DNA of 64,000 nt, taken from NCBI RefSeq assembly GCF_009914755.1, contig NC_060929.1, one strand, 5' to 3'. The stretch is from the human T2T-CHM13v2.0 reference genome, Homo sapiens. Below are positions 45,263 through 59,742 of this stretch, piece by piece. The translations under genes were made by a program, and so were the position numbers. How positions within the stretch are numbered: the stretch's first letter is position 1; every line of letters begins with the position of its first letter. The notes beneath the pieces were generated by a model. The model was not told where the DNA came from and did not search any database. It saw only the letters and a list, made by a program, of their open reading frames with translations.

Positions 45263-45769
45263 TTCGTCTAAGTCCACAGCTCAAGTACTAACCAGAATGC
45301 TATACTCATTCTTTGTATATGGCAAATTAGGAATTTGAACCCAAGTCCAGAACTCTGTGCACATGCCACTGAATCATACATTATGTTTATCATACCCTGC
45401 CTTATCCTGTTAGTTTTTATATTTTGCACCCTGCAAGCTGATAAGCATTTTGAAAGCAGACCTCAGGTTCTCCTTATCTCCTTTCTCCTATACTGCATCA
45501 TGCACACAGGACACAGCTCTCTTGTCAAAATAATATTTGTCATACCTGCACACGGCATATGTCATCTACAGTCTTGTTTTTATACTTTCTCAAATTTATG
45601 TGCTAGTATTATTTTATCTTTCCTAACTTTTCTTTCACCTTTCTATTTTAATTCTTAATATACAGGCTTTTAAGAGTTGAGAACTTTGGTCAGTGTTGCT
45701 GTCCCCTCTCTTATCAATTACTAGAAATTGCCCTTGATAATGTAAAACCTTAATGGGAGAAAGAGGTGA

Positions 45770-46115
<346 letters not shown>

Positions 46116-48889
46116 GGTTATCTATTTTAATCTGCACCACAGTTCTTTCACGGCTGGACCTCTGACAAATATTGACAAGTAAAATTTTCAATTCCCTAAT
46201 AAGTATAGTTGGAATGGGAGGAACATGTGACTTACTATAGATAAATCCTAATTCCAAGATCAAAGTGTTATCAAAGCGCAGATCCTAGGGGTTGATTAAG
46301 GGACAAGTCCCAAAAGACAACACTTTTCTATTTTTGTCCTTCTCTATTTGTGTTTCATTTCTTAAGTAAGGTCTTTCTTTAACATTTTCTAATTTCACAT
46401 CAATTAGGCTCAAAATAAATACTCCACTAAAAGGTAAGGGGTTTTCCTCAGACCTTCTTATAACTTAACAGGCCCATTTTCATTTGTAACAAATTTCAGT
46501 TAAACTTTCAAATATTGTGGTCACATGTCTTTCATAGTCCTCAGACATATGGCTGATTTTAAAAATCATATAACAACTGGTAGTTATATAACACTTGACA
46601 TCATTATCAAGAGTCAGTAAATCTTTGTCTGGGGGCACACAAAAAATGTTGCTATTGTAAAGACTGAGGAAATGAGATATAAAAATATTAGGACCCCTCT
46701 TAGCATTTATATCAGTTATAATTAAAATTAAAACTAGAATTTAAATTTTTGAATGTTGCTAAGGATTAAGAAATTAATTTTATTTGTATAGGTGCATCAA
46801 GATATATGAAGTGAGCCACAAAATACGAAATGTGTCTCATTCTTCTAAGGTTACAAAAATTTATATTAAAATTTATATAGGGTATGTTTATTTTATATGG
46901 AAAGTAAAACCACATCCATCTTGTTTTGAAAAATCCTGACACCAATATAAAAGCCCAGATGGTTATTTAAGTTTATTCCAGGTAATTTAACTACCAGTAC
47001 TGATTGTGTTTCATGGCTTACTTTGTCTTGTGGAAAAAGTAGTTATCTATGCTCTTAATCCCCTTGCTAATCCTCTTCTGCAAGAAGTTTGTAAGGGAAT
47101 ACTCCTGTACATTGACGTCATGCAGAAGATATGTAAACATCCAACACATGTTTGCAAATCTGAAAAGTATGAAGTTGAACACATTCAACTTTTCCCAATA
47201 TAGACTACCAAGGAAAAAATGCAGAAAAACTATTTTGAAATCTAAACCAGTAGGGCCCAATACAAACTATCAGAAGAACAAACCTCATTTATTTACTCCC
47301 AAATGCAAATTACTTGGTATGGAGGCCTGTTTAGATTAAGTAAGCATAGACATTGTGGCAGGGATGTCAGTGATTATTACTGTTGAGCATACAAGGTTAT
47401 AGAGCATTTCATTAATGCTGAAGTCAAATTATTTTCTAAAAGGGGTTCCATTTATTTCATCCCTAGACAATGCAAAAAAGGGCATTTGACCTCTGGAAAT
47501 TAAATAAAAATTGTTGTTCTGCATTGCTCCCATTGGTAAAACATTTATTTGCTAACCCTGTGACTGTGAGCAAAGTTGCCTTGAAACTTTATAGTTTCCC
47601 CAACATTTCAGTATTTGGGGAAGACCTACTAATGAACACTTTTTCAAGTAGAGAATGGAACTCTCTAAAAGATGTGACCCACTCCTGTTTCCTGAAATAA
47701 GTGACCACTTGGTAAGTGTACATTGCTATAATTCCTTGTAGTAAAGTACTGATGTTTTTTAAAAGAAAGAATCTCATATAATTCTTTGTTACTATTAGAA
47801 AAGCTTCCACTTCACTGTAGTTGAGAAAGTTAACAAAGTCTAAATTGGACAGTGTTAGTGTTCCATCAAGTTTTCCATCTACAAGAAGTTTAAGTAAATC
47901 AGCATCATTCATACGTTTCCAGTGTAAATAAACGAGCTTGGGTGCTTGTAGAGGTTCTGGGAGTCACCATTATTCCCTGCCTAACAAGCTCATTCAAATT
48001 CAGAGTTCAATCTGGAAGATATTGCCACCATTTCTGCCACTTTCAGAAACCAAGGTAACAAATCAAGATAGAAAAAGGGAGGGGGAAGGAGAGCAGATTT
48101 TCCCAATGCACTCATAATGTAAACGTGGAAATGGAAATTTGTCATTAACACTTCCCGGTGATATTAGCTTATTCAGGAGGATCACAGTTACCCACAATCC
48201 CAAGATCTCTACTATTATTGTTAATGTGTTGTGTGTACTGGGACATTGAAGAAATATCATAGTTTCTGACCCTTATCTATTCAATACATGTGATTATGAT
48301 AAATATCAGCACGTATGATTTCTAAAAAACTATGTAAAGCAATACTTCTGTACATATAGAGCATTTGTTTTCTTATTGGCATCCCTTTATCCTCCCTCTG
48401 TATTATAGCCATTGGACTTGCTCTGGGGGAGCAAGGCAAAGGTGAGACTGTGGATAAAGGGGTCCTAATTCCACTCAACCAATCTAGATCACTCGGATGG
48501 TCTCTCTTGGAGTTTGACTATTGAGTGACAAAATGACTGAAACTATTGTAATGAAATCATTGAAGCAGCAAAACTCTGAAAAAAAATTCATCTGCTTCTG
48601 ATATCTAGACTCCCCAGAACAACTCAATTCCTGACCTCTCCCAAAGGTCCTGGGGGTACCTAACTCCCTCCCATAAATTCATGTTCTACTTTAGTCCATT
48701 TCTGCTGGCTTATAACCACTAAGTTTCTATATAATAAGCTTTTGTTTTTTATGTTTCACAAGGCTAATAAACGTAAATAGACATTTTAAATGTCATTTGG
48801 TTTGAAAATATATTGAATGAGAAGATACATTTTCTTAGATCAGAACTTTAATGCTTTTGAGTAAATGCGATTTCCAAACTCTTAAGATG

Positions 48890-49182
48890 AGAATAATGTT
48901 TACCGCTTATTAAGCATGTGCCTCTTGCCAAGTACCATGATAAATGCTTTTTATAAAAATATGGATATGTGGAATATGTACAATTCATTTTTTTCTATAT
49001 ATATGTTTAAAATTTTATTTGGTGTTTCAATAACTCAGCAAGTAAGATATTATCCTCATTTACATATAAAGAAACTAAGGCTGCAAGTGGTTAGTTTGGC
49101 AAAGTCACACAGCTGGAAAGTGGTAGAGCCAGAATTTGTACTCAGCTCTGTTTGACTTAACCACCATAATATATTGCCTCCC
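48890..49182 (-). mobile_element. MIR
   Basis: 'tattatcctcatttacatataaagaaactaaggctg...aaagtcacacagctggaaagtggtagagccagaattt'. Confidence 0.75.
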
Positions 49183-49366
49183 ATATCAGAATTGGTATGA
49201 TTTCTTGGATTCCATTTTAAGCCAATATAAGCTTAGAAATTAAGGATATCTTCTTTTATAGTATGGCTCTGAGAGCAAAGCAGAACAAATGCTGATAAAA
49301 AATAAGCAGCAGATTTAAAAGTCATCTCAAAAGTTAAACCAGTTGTAAATAAATAGATGAGTCCTC

Positions 49367-49890
49367 TAGGGGTCCACAACCCCCGGGCCACAGACACCAG
49401 TCCCATGGCCTGTTGGGAACTGGCTGCACAGCAGGAGGTGAGCAGCAGAGCTTCATCTGTACTTATAGCTGCTCCCCATCGCTCACATTACTGCCTGAGT
49501 TCCACCTCTTGTCAGATCAGCAGCTGCATTAGATTCTCACAGGAGCACAAACCCTATTGTGAATTGCTCCTGCAATCTAGGTTGCATGCTCTTTGCGAGA
49601 ATCTAATGCTTGATGATCTGTCACTGTCTCCCATTACCCCAGATCAGACAGTCTAGTTGCAGGAAAACAAGCTCAGGGCTGCCACTGATTCTACATTATG
49701 AGTTGTATAATTATTTCATTATATATTACAATGTGATAATAATAGAAATAAATTTTGCACAATAAATGTAATGTGCTTGAATCATCCCCAAACCATCCCC
49801 CACCCCCCACCCCCCACCCCCCAACCCATCTGTGGAAAAATTTTCTTCCATGAAACTGGTCCCTGGTACCAAAAAGGTTGGGAACTGCTG
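49367..49890 (+). mobile_element. MER1A-like hAT-Charlie element
   Basis: 'aggggtccacaacccccgggccacagac...gcacagcaggaggtgagc...aaactggtccctggtaccaaaaaggttgggaactgctg'; about 525 bp. Confidence 0.9.
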
Positions 49891-50366
49891 CTGTAGTCCT
49901 TTAACTTAATGACATTTGTTTCACATTCTATTTTCAAAAGAGAAATATTTAATTCAGTTATTCTAGATGATTCTAAGATTAGTCAGAAATTTAAATTTAA
50001 AAATATGTCATTGAAATTTTAATTGAATTAGAATTTTATTTCCTATTTTATTAGAATCTGGTAGTTTTCCTTGTTTCTTTATATGAAGTATTAGAAATAC
50101 AGAATGTGCATCATCCAATATAGTAGAGGGAAGCAATGTGATATTGTTTAGTTAAGGATCATTAGAAACTCTAGCATCATAGGATGAATGAAGAGAGGTT
50201 TATCTGTATAACTGTGTGCTTTCTGAAGTTCCTAAATATTTAATGGTTGAAAATTAGCTGACTTAATAGAACTTTTTCACACACAAAAAATTTTTTTTAA
50301 TTATAGATGCCTCCCAGTATTTAGGATTCTAAAAGCATGCCCACAAGAAACCAGCTTAGTGCCTAA

Positions 50367-50724
<358 letters not shown>

Positions 50725-50866
50725 TGATCAGCATTTTCCATTTTCACAAATCAGTTTGTTTTTGAAGTTTGTACAAAATTTTCTAGAAAATGGCCTCTTC
50801 ATCTCAAAAGAATTACTCATTTTAAATTAACTTAAGTGATCGGATTACATATAATTACATCAAAAA

Positions 50867-51207
50867 CAGTTGGTCTTGCCTATCATTGGATTCCACATCC
50901 GTGGATTCAACCAAGGGTGGATTGAAGATATTCAAGGGGAAAGAAGGATGGTTACATCTGTACTGAACATATACAGACATTTTTTCTTTCCATTGTTATG
51001 AATAGTACAGTTTAATAATTATTTACATAGCATTTACATTGTGTTGGGTATTGTAAAGAATCTAGAGATGATTTAGAACATATGGGAGGATGTACATAGG
51101 TTATGTGCAAATACTGTGCCATTTTATATAAAGGGCTTGAGCATCTCCAGGTTTTGGTATCTTTGGCGGTCCTGGAACAAATTTTCCATGGATACCAAGG
51201 ACAACTG
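50867..51207. mobile_element. MER2 (TcMar-Tigger)
   Basis: 'cagttg...ccacatccgtggattcaacc...ggttatgtgcaaatactgtgccattttatata...ggataccaaggacaactg'. Confidence 0.9.
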
Positions 51208-51626
51208 TACATTTATACCTAAACGCTGTTTAAACAAAATACATAGATGCCCAAATATATGTCATATTGTTAAGGATTATGGGTTCATATAACAAAAAAA
51301 ATCTAATTTCTATCATAAACATGTGTCAAAAATTGAGGCAGAAATTTGAGATCTTGCCTAGAGTGCAAATACCGTACAACAAAGTATTTAAAACAAGTAA
51401 AAAAATATTATAGTAAAAGCACCTAGTGCAGTGATCTACCAGGTGTGCACAGCCAAACACTGGACAAAACAATGTTCTGGTTTTCTCCAGGAATCCTCCC
51501 AAGTACTGAATGTAGTTCTTAGAACCATAGTTCCCCAATATGAACAGGCTGGTCTATTCATGACTCTTTCTTTTAATTCACGACATACAATCCAATGAGG
51601 AAGAAGCAAGAATGGAATAAAGCTCT

Positions 51627-51990
51627 GTGTCAGTCAGGGTTCTTCCGAGAAACAGAACCAATATGTATATTACACATATACAAAGAGACTTAGTTTAAAG
51701 AATTGACTTCATACGATTGTGGGGGCTGATAAGTCCAGAATTTGTAGGGCAGGTAATCTGGCAGCCTAGAAACTGAGGCAGTAGTTGATGTTTCAGTCTT
51801 GTGGAATTCCTTCTTCTCCAGGAAACCTCTGTTTTCTGCTCTTAAGACCTTCAACTGATTGGATGAGGGGCCCCCACTTATCAAGGGTAGTTGCTTTGTT
51901 TAAAGTCAACTGATTGTTTGTTAATAATATCTACAAAATACCTTCACAGCAACACCTAGATTAGTGTTTGACTAAATAACCGGGATTAAC
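51627..51990 (-). mobile_element. MLT2 (ERVL) LTR
   Basis: 'tgtcagtcagggttcttccgagaaacagaaccaat...ctacaaaataccttcacagcaacacctagattagtgtttga'. Confidence 0.85.
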
Positions 51991-54106
51991 TAACAATCAT
52001 GGTTACCTATGTGGTAACCATGTTGGAGGAAACAAGTCAGGAAATTTTTCAGATGTAACCCAATCTGCCCAAGAATGGCTGGGGAAAGGAGATGGAACAG
52101 ATGTCATCTCTTGTCCTTCCCTCCAGACATCCTCAACACCACTTCCCTACTGCTTGTGCAGCCACAGGGATGAGCAAAAGGGAAGTTGTGCTCCAGATAT
52201 GCTAGGAATTAGATCACTGCTAGGAAACCTGGATGTAAGAGGTCAATATCTAGATGATTTTATGATGGCTCTGGATAAATAGCTCTGTGGGGTCAGGGTG
52301 AAAGGCACTAATTTTTGGTGAAAATGATGCCCCTGGTTTCACTTTGCTAATCACAACCTAAATAAAGTTTGAGTTTGAAACGTTGAGTAGGGAAGCTATT
52401 TTGACCTCTTCTTTCACTTTGGCTCAAATGTATAATAACCTTCAGTAATAAATTGATACTATCATACTAGCAGACAGGCTGAAGTTTAGTGGGAGATCTG
52501 AGGTTTCCGGATCTCTCTTGCTTTCAGAGTCTCTGAAACATTGTTTTCTTCTTATGGCTACTTCATGCTAAAAACCTGTGAAATGGGACACAGAGATAAA
52601 GAACAGTAATGGAAAGATTGGGTCCTAGAGAGGTGTAAAATTATTCACTACGTAAAAGCATTGAAGGGATAATCCAGAATATGGGTCATGGAAAAATTTA
52701 AGGACATAGCAATGTTATGAGTCAAGCTTACAGTCCTATTTTGTGTAACAGCCCAGTTAAATAAGAGGAGTAGGAATTAAAAAAAAAAATAAGACATGCA
52801 ACATGATAGATGAAATTTTTTGTTTCCAACTTTACTTTCAGAGGCCTGGATAGTTAATAAAATCCTATGGAAATTACTTTCCTTGTCTTTTCTTAATAAA
52901 ATCCAAACATATGCAACACACAATGCATTACTGAAAAAATTAAAAAGTAAACAGAGTTTTCTTTATTTCAGAGTAAGTTCAGCCAAGAAATGAATTTGCT
53001 AACAAAAACCACAGTTATCATCATCCAATGGAGGCAAAATATTTACTAAAACTGTAATCCCCATGAACTGAAAATACTACAGAAAAATTGAGCAGTGTTT
53101 GCCCCAAGTGACTTTTTATCAGTCTCCACCTGTTTGTTCTTCCTCTAGAATAGTAGAAAAGTTTATTTTGTTATTTTAAAGAAAGAATTTACTCGTATTG
53201 TGTCAAGATGAGCACTTAGCAAGTTCAGTTATTTTTTATTTACCTATGGCTAAAAAAATAATCCAGAAGGTAGCGGTGGGGAGGAAAACATATTTACATG
53301 ATACTTTTGTAAAGGGAAAAAGTTAAAACTTTCTGCACTTGAAAATCACGGAACAATTTTAATAATCTTTCTCTTCCTGGTTGAGGCCAAGTAGAAAGCA
53401 ATGTGGCAGTGATATTTGTAATTCCTAGAGACTGGACAAAGCTTCCATAGGATCCCTTCCTTGGCCCCTCTCAACCACAAAGAAAAGTGTTTTGTTTGTA
53501 CCAAAGAACTTAACACAGAATCTTATCAGAAATATCTGCAATTTTTTTTTTCACAACAGATAAAACTGCTTGAAGTATGCTTTTTACAGCTACAAGCAAG
53601 ATAATAGTCTGTTACTAGGACCTCTACTTCTACTGCATTACTTGATAAAAACAAGTGAATTAGGCTCTCTGTGTCTAATATATTACTTTAATAAAAACAG
53701 ATTAATGCTATTTTGTGGGAAGTAAAGACTTCAATGCAATTTTAGCCTTCTTTTCATATGAAAAGAAAAGAAGTGCATATTTTTTCCTTCCCTGTTTCTA
53801 ACACTACAAAATCAGGGTGTCCAACGCTCCCTTTCTCAGAACTTGATGGTACACTTTTTTTGCCAGGATAATCTCATTGATTCCAAGTAGAGGTCAGGCC
53901 TTCTGGCATGTTTAAATGTCATATTCTAGGTCATATTTTTGTTAATTTATTTCTAACCACATTAACACGTTTTTCTGCTCCTGAGTCTCAGTAAGATTTC
54001 TGATTGGGCCAAAAACCAGTGCTTGAACATTTGAGTTTGACTGTAATTAATCTGAAGCTTTTCCACATTTCTCCAAACTGACCGAATTTAACAAACTCCT
54101 TTTCTG

Positions 54107-54480
54107 CTGTCTTAGTCTGTTCAAGTTGCTGTAACAAATTACCGTAGGCTAGGGGGGTTTAAACTGCAAAAATTTATTTCTCACAGTTCTGGAGGCCGGG
54201 AAAGTCCAAGATCTAGGTGCCAGGGGATCCTATTTCTGGTTTCTATGAACCACTTCCTGGTTTACAGATGATCGTCTTCTCTTATCCTCACCTGGTGGGA
54301 AGCAGGGAGAGGATGCAAGTCCTTTCATGTCTTTTCTTATAAAGGCACTAATCTTATTCATGAAAGCTTCACCTTCATGACCTAATTATCCCCCAAAGAC
54401 TCCACCCCCAATACCATCACATGGGAGATGAGGCTTCAATATATAAATTTGGGGGGGACACAACAATCAGTCCGTAGCAA
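54107..54480 (-). mobile_element. MLT1A-type solo LTR
   Basis: 'tgtcttagtctgttcaagttgctgtaacaaattacc...atttatttctcacagttctggagg...cagtccgtagca'. Confidence 0.9.
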
Positions 54481-54484
54481 GTTC

Positions 54485-54822
54485 CATGAATGAATTAATT
54501 ACATCTTGCGTATCTTCTATGTGCAAAACATGGGCTAAGCTCTGGGGATAAAATGGTGAGTCAAACACTCTCAGACATGGTCATGTCAGTTGCTTTCCAT
54601 GGAGGGAGGCACACATCAGTCCCATCACATAAACAAAGGTAAAATTGTTGTTCTGTTAAATAGAAAAACAAGCTGCAGAGACAAGAAGCTCAATACAGAG
54701 AGAATTTGAACTAACTGGGGCTGTCAAGGAAGGCTTTTCTTTGTGAAGTTACAACTGAGCTGAGATCTAAATAAGAGTTAAGTAGCATAGTGTCCCAGGC
54801 AGTGGGAACAGCATGTGTAAAG
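54485..54822 (-). mobile_element. L2 3' fragment
   Basis: 'ctatgtgcaaaacatgggctaagctctggggata', 'ctgagctgagatctaa', 'ccaggcagtgggaacagcatgtgtaaag'. Confidence 0.7.
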
Positions 54823-54929
54823 TTGGACTATCCATCCCTACTCGAGGGGATTCTGCTGTCTCCACAAGTAAAGTTTTATAACATGTGAGAGTCTGAACTT
54901 TTCTTGTTCACATTCTAACTAAATCATAG

Positions 54930-55200
54930 AGGTAGGGTGTGGTGGCTCATGCCTGTATTCCCAGCACTTTGGGAGGCCAAGACAAGTGGATTGCTTAAGC
55001 CCCGGAGTTTAAGACTGGCTTGGGCAATATGGTGAGACCCTGTCTCTACAAAAAATAAATTAAAAAATTAGCCAGGCATGGTGGCATGCACCCGTGGTCC
55101 CAGCTGCTCAGGGCTTCAGCCTGGGAGGTCAAGGCTACAGTAAACCTTGATTGTGCTACTGTGCTCTAGCCTGGGTGACAGAGTGAGACCCTGTCTTAAA
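54930..55200 (+). mobile_element. AluJ with right-arm deletion
   Basis: 'tggctcatgcctgtattcccagcactttggg...gaggtcaaggctacagt'. Confidence 0.88.
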
Positions 55201-55907
55201 TCAATCAGTTAGTCAATCAGAGTGGCTGAAAGTGTAGATTAATCAATAGGGCCTTAAACTGGGTTATGGTGGGACAGTGATTTTGATGTGCTCTGAGACA
55301 ATGGACTAATAAAGAGGAGAAGGAAATAGACAGGTGAGCTCAGTACGATACTTGGATCTGGAAAACAGAGACTCTGGGCCCTCTTCTTCAGAGAGTCCCC
55401 AAATCAAAAATATATAAAACATATAAAAAGGAAATGATTTAAAAACCACAGGCACTCTGTCATGAAGCTTTCACCCTTGTGACTAACACTTAGGCCCCAG
55501 GGAAATTCTTTTCCACATCTTTTAACTGGCCTCCTGGAAACAGAAGGCAATTGTACTCGAACTCCATGAAGTATTGTAGATTTATGCTACATCCCAAATG
55601 AGAAAAGCAGAATGCTTCAGGGTCCAGGGAGGATTTGGACTGCGAAGCACTTAGGTAAAAGAAAAGATAAATTAATTAACTTGTCAAATCTTTCTTCTGG
55701 TAGTATAAATGCAATAAGTATTTACATAATAAAGTTTCATTTCCCACTAGTGCTAAACATCCATTTTCTTGCTTCTCTTCATATAAATCAATTCATGGTC
55801 TGGAATTATTCCAGATATGCTTAGTATTTGCAAATGTTATGTATGGTGGCTGAAGACTATTTTGCAATATTAAACAATTCCTCTTACTCTTAAATTTGTA
55901 TGCATCT

Positions 55908-56188
55908 GCTGGGCATAGTGGCTCATGCCTATAATTCTAGCAACTCAGGAGACTGAGAAGCAGGAGGATTGCTTGAGGCCAAGAGTTTGAGACCAGCCTG
56001 GGCAACATAGTGAGACCCTGTCTCTAAAAAAACCACAAAAATGAAAAAATTAGCTGGGTGTGGTGGCACATGCCTGTAGTCCCAGCTACTTGGAAGCCTG
56101 AGGTGAACTATGATCATGCTACTGTACTCCACAGCCTGGATGATGGAATAACACCTTGTCAAAAAACAAAACAAAACTAAAACAACAA
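55908..56188 (+). mobile_element. AluJ with right-arm deletion
   Basis: 'ggattgcttgaggccaagagtttgagaccagcc...gtgaactatgatcatgctactg'. Confidence 0.88.
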
Positions 56189-56199
56189 TTACCTATGTC

Positions 56200-59100
56200 T
56201 TGATATAATATGCTTAAAGTGTGGTATCAACCCTTAATATCAGCAACTAGATGGACATTGATTACTGGAAATGCAAATAGTTTTATTTTTACAAAAATTT
56301 GTAATAAAATTTCAAAAATAAAAATAAAGATTTCAGCATTATTAATTTTGCTTTATAATTTGATATTCGTTATAGCTTTTTTACCTATTAATTTTAATAA
56401 GTTTGACCTTTTAGATCATTGAAAATGGGGGCCAGTGAAGAAATAGAGAATTGTGGTAGAAATACAGAATTTAAAAGTAGAGTTCAGAAAGAATCAAAGA
56501 TTGGAAAAAAACAGGAAATATAAAATTTTTAAGAGAGAGAGTTCATTTAAATTAAAAATAACAATGTGGAAACAATGTAAATGAGCCAACTTCTGTTGAG
56601 CATGACTGTCATAGAATTTGCAAACAAGAGATCACACAAGTTCTTATTTAATGAAGATTTAACTACTCAAAATAATGGAAATTAACAAGAACATTATTCT
56701 CATCAAATCTACAATGTAAACAGGTCAGACCAAAATATCCTTGCAACTTTATATTCTTTATTAAATGAAGATTTAATTACTAATTAAAACCATGAGAATA
56801 AAAAAGAGACTCAAATTTATATCAACTTCATAACCCAGACAACAAAAGCAACTGCGACCTGCCTGTTAGAAGATGGAGAAAATAAAGGTCTTGAAATCAG
56901 AAAATTAGGGAAGAAATCCTCCAGAACATTTGACTGGATGATGATCTTGAAAATGGAGATATTCTCCTTCTGAGAATGTGAGAATATTGCTAGGAAAACA
57001 CATTCCAATTCAAATGAATGATTAGGATTTTCTATTACATTAACAAGGCAGAACTTTTAATATTTTATTCCAAATTCTTTCAAATAGGAGATTTTACAAA
57101 CTCCTATTAGCCATTGAATGTTTTGTGACAGAAAACACTTAAATTGTCAATTAGAATTTTATGAAATTCCCTTTAAACACAAAAAATTACAGATATAATT
57201 ACTAGAACTGAAAAAGGGTGAAATAAATAGCAAACAATTGATAGTATTCAAGAAATAAAAGTAAATATCAAACTAGTACATGGGAATAATTTTTTTCAGG
57301 TTTATTTCGGTATAATTGACAAAATTTGTATGGAATAATATTCTTTAAAGAATAATATTTTCAGACAAGATCATAGGAGGTAAAAAAAGAATATTATATA
57401 TTCAATATTCAGCCAAGTTTAATGATGTATTTCATGGCATACATACCAGCACAGTATTTACAGAACTTAATGGAAAATATCAAAGATTTATGGAGATAAT
57501 TTTGAAATTTGGTGAAAAAATGACCCCAAATTTAAGATGGATAAAAACTGAAACAGATGATTCTCTAGTATGGTGCATTCAAAATAAAATTGTTAATGTA
57601 AGAGATGAGGAAATGAGATAAGAAATTATTCCTAAAATTGTTAAAAAACAAAAATTACTCAGTGTAAGTAGATTGTAGCAGAAATAAGTCTTGCTAAATA
57701 AGTAACATTTATTTATGTTGAGCCATTAGGAGAGAATAATAAAAAAGCTGACGTTAATGAATATTTCATTGGTTTCATTCCTATTGTAAAAAGTATAGGT
57801 TTTTATCTAAGGGAAGAATTAAAAAAAAACTTCAATTTTGGACTCTGATTTAAAAAATTGTTTAGAGTGAGACTGTGATACTGGTGATAACATGGTGGAT
57901 AACAACAAAGGTGAGCACGCCAGGATTTTGGAGAAAAATCTAGAAGTACATGCCATTTATGGCACACAGTTTGAATTTATTGCTAACACAGAAGGCCTCA
58001 ACACTGCTGATTTGATGACATTCTTTGGAACAATTTAAACATTACCTACAATATCTTCAGGATCTGGCCAAATGTGGAACATTTTGAGAAAGATGTAAAA
58101 TTTGATCTAATGAATACTCTAGGCTATACAATGGGAATACTGATGAAATGCTGTCAAAACAATTAAACAAAATTCAAAACGTACAATAGCAGTTAGGTGA
58201 AACAACTGAAAAATTTTCAAATAGTGAATTGTGGATTTTGGCAGATAATGAAACTAAATTTTAATATATCTATCCATATATTTGCTTGCTGTTAATAATA
58301 TTAGCAAAAGCTTAGAAAAAACAGATATGACTTTGGCTATATCACTTTCAACAGTATTTTAAAACTCATAAAATGTAAAGAAAATGTTTTATAGATAGAA
58401 TGAAACTTCATGTGCAATATATAACAAAAGTGACAATCTGAAAAAATACAAGAAAATTAAAATGAGGAAATAAAAATGTTCACATGACCATGAAGGAGAA
58501 GCTTCATATGTAAAAAATATTTCGAAATGAATTTTTATAAAGTCTATTTTCTGACCAGTAGATATCAAGGTATCTTCCCAACCAAAGAAAGATTTGAATA
58601 AATTAAATAACATCTTACTCTTTTTTTTCCAAACGTTAAAAATGTGAAAGCAGAAGAATCAAGAAGTACTGTATGAATCTACATATTGTCTTAAGAGATT
58701 GTGGAACTCACAGTTGGAGCAACCTGTATGATGAAATTAAAATACTTTATAATATTTTGGGGGTTGTTAACTTCTCATATGCAAAAATCACATGTTTGAG
58801 TATGGCATGTGAAATTAATGTTCACTTCTGAACTAAGTATTGCTTTAAGAATTTTATTGACAATTCCAACTGCCACTGCCTCAGCCGGGCTGTTTCTGTA
58901 AATATAATTAATAAAACTCTGTAATAATTTTGAACCAAGAAAGGTTGTCTGACTTGACATTTCTTGTTAATAGAGCTCAAATTATGTGAGAATCTTGATT
59001 ATAACAAATAATTAGTAATTTTGGTGAACTAAAAGCAAGACAAATATATTTAATAGAATAAATAATAGTATTTTATAAATTATTGATGTCTTCATTACTC

Positions 59101-59370
59101 ATCCAAATATCACTATCCATCAACACACTATTTAGACAGGTGCAATAGTAATTACATTCAGTACTCTTTGTTACTTTACTGATTTTCAGAAATGTGAAAC
59201 CAACAGCCTTACATATATTTAAACAATTTTTGTTGCTATGAAGTTTTGTTGTCAAGATAGGATGATAGAACATATTTTAGATAACATTTTATTAACCTGA
59301 TTTATAACTTTTAAATGTGGACTTCCATTTGTGCTCTAGCACCAATCCTACAAATGATAGGGGTAGACCT
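56200..59370 (+). mobile_element. Decayed autonomous-type hAT-Tip100 (Zaphod-like) DNA transposon with transposase remnant
   Basis: Plus-strand translation gives DVFHG...VFTELNGKYQRFMEIILKF (57421-57510), KNCLE*DCDTGDNMVDNNKGEHARILEKN and then YMPFMAHSLNLL (57850-57982), and ELSIALRILLTIPTATASA...NQERLSDLTFL...IELKLCENLDY...ISNFGELKAR (58830-59040). These match hAT/ZMYM1-like transposase core and C-terminal dimerisation motifs, with many stops and frameshifts. 5' boundary uncertain. Confidence 0.85.
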
Positions 59371-59742
59371 AGGGAAATGCTTCTCTTCTGCGCATGAGAT
59401 TTATGAAATAGCCAGCAATGAACTTGCCTGTCGGGCAGTAGCCTGGAGGCCTATGCTTGGTCAACCTCATTTAGGTTAATGACTGGTAGGGATAGGCTCA
59501 TGAAAAGCTGGGAGTTAGGCTGTAAGTATGGACAGCAAGCAAGCAATATTATTTGCAGCCCCTTTAAAAGATTTAGTACAGGCTGGAAAGAGCATAAGAA
59601 TACCAGATGCCTGGGGATGAGGGTAAGGGGGAAGAGGTTACTCTTCATCACCTCTTCTCCACACCTATTCTGGGATTTGCCATAGTAAAGAGCTAGATGC
59701 TATTACCTGGCCTTAGCCCTAATACTTTCAAAAACCATTTTT

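Noticed and set aside
47589-47912. 107-aa protein-looking ORF (MNDADLLKLL...)
   Set aside because: No recognisable homology, splice context or promoter; this length is reachable by chance in 64 kb.
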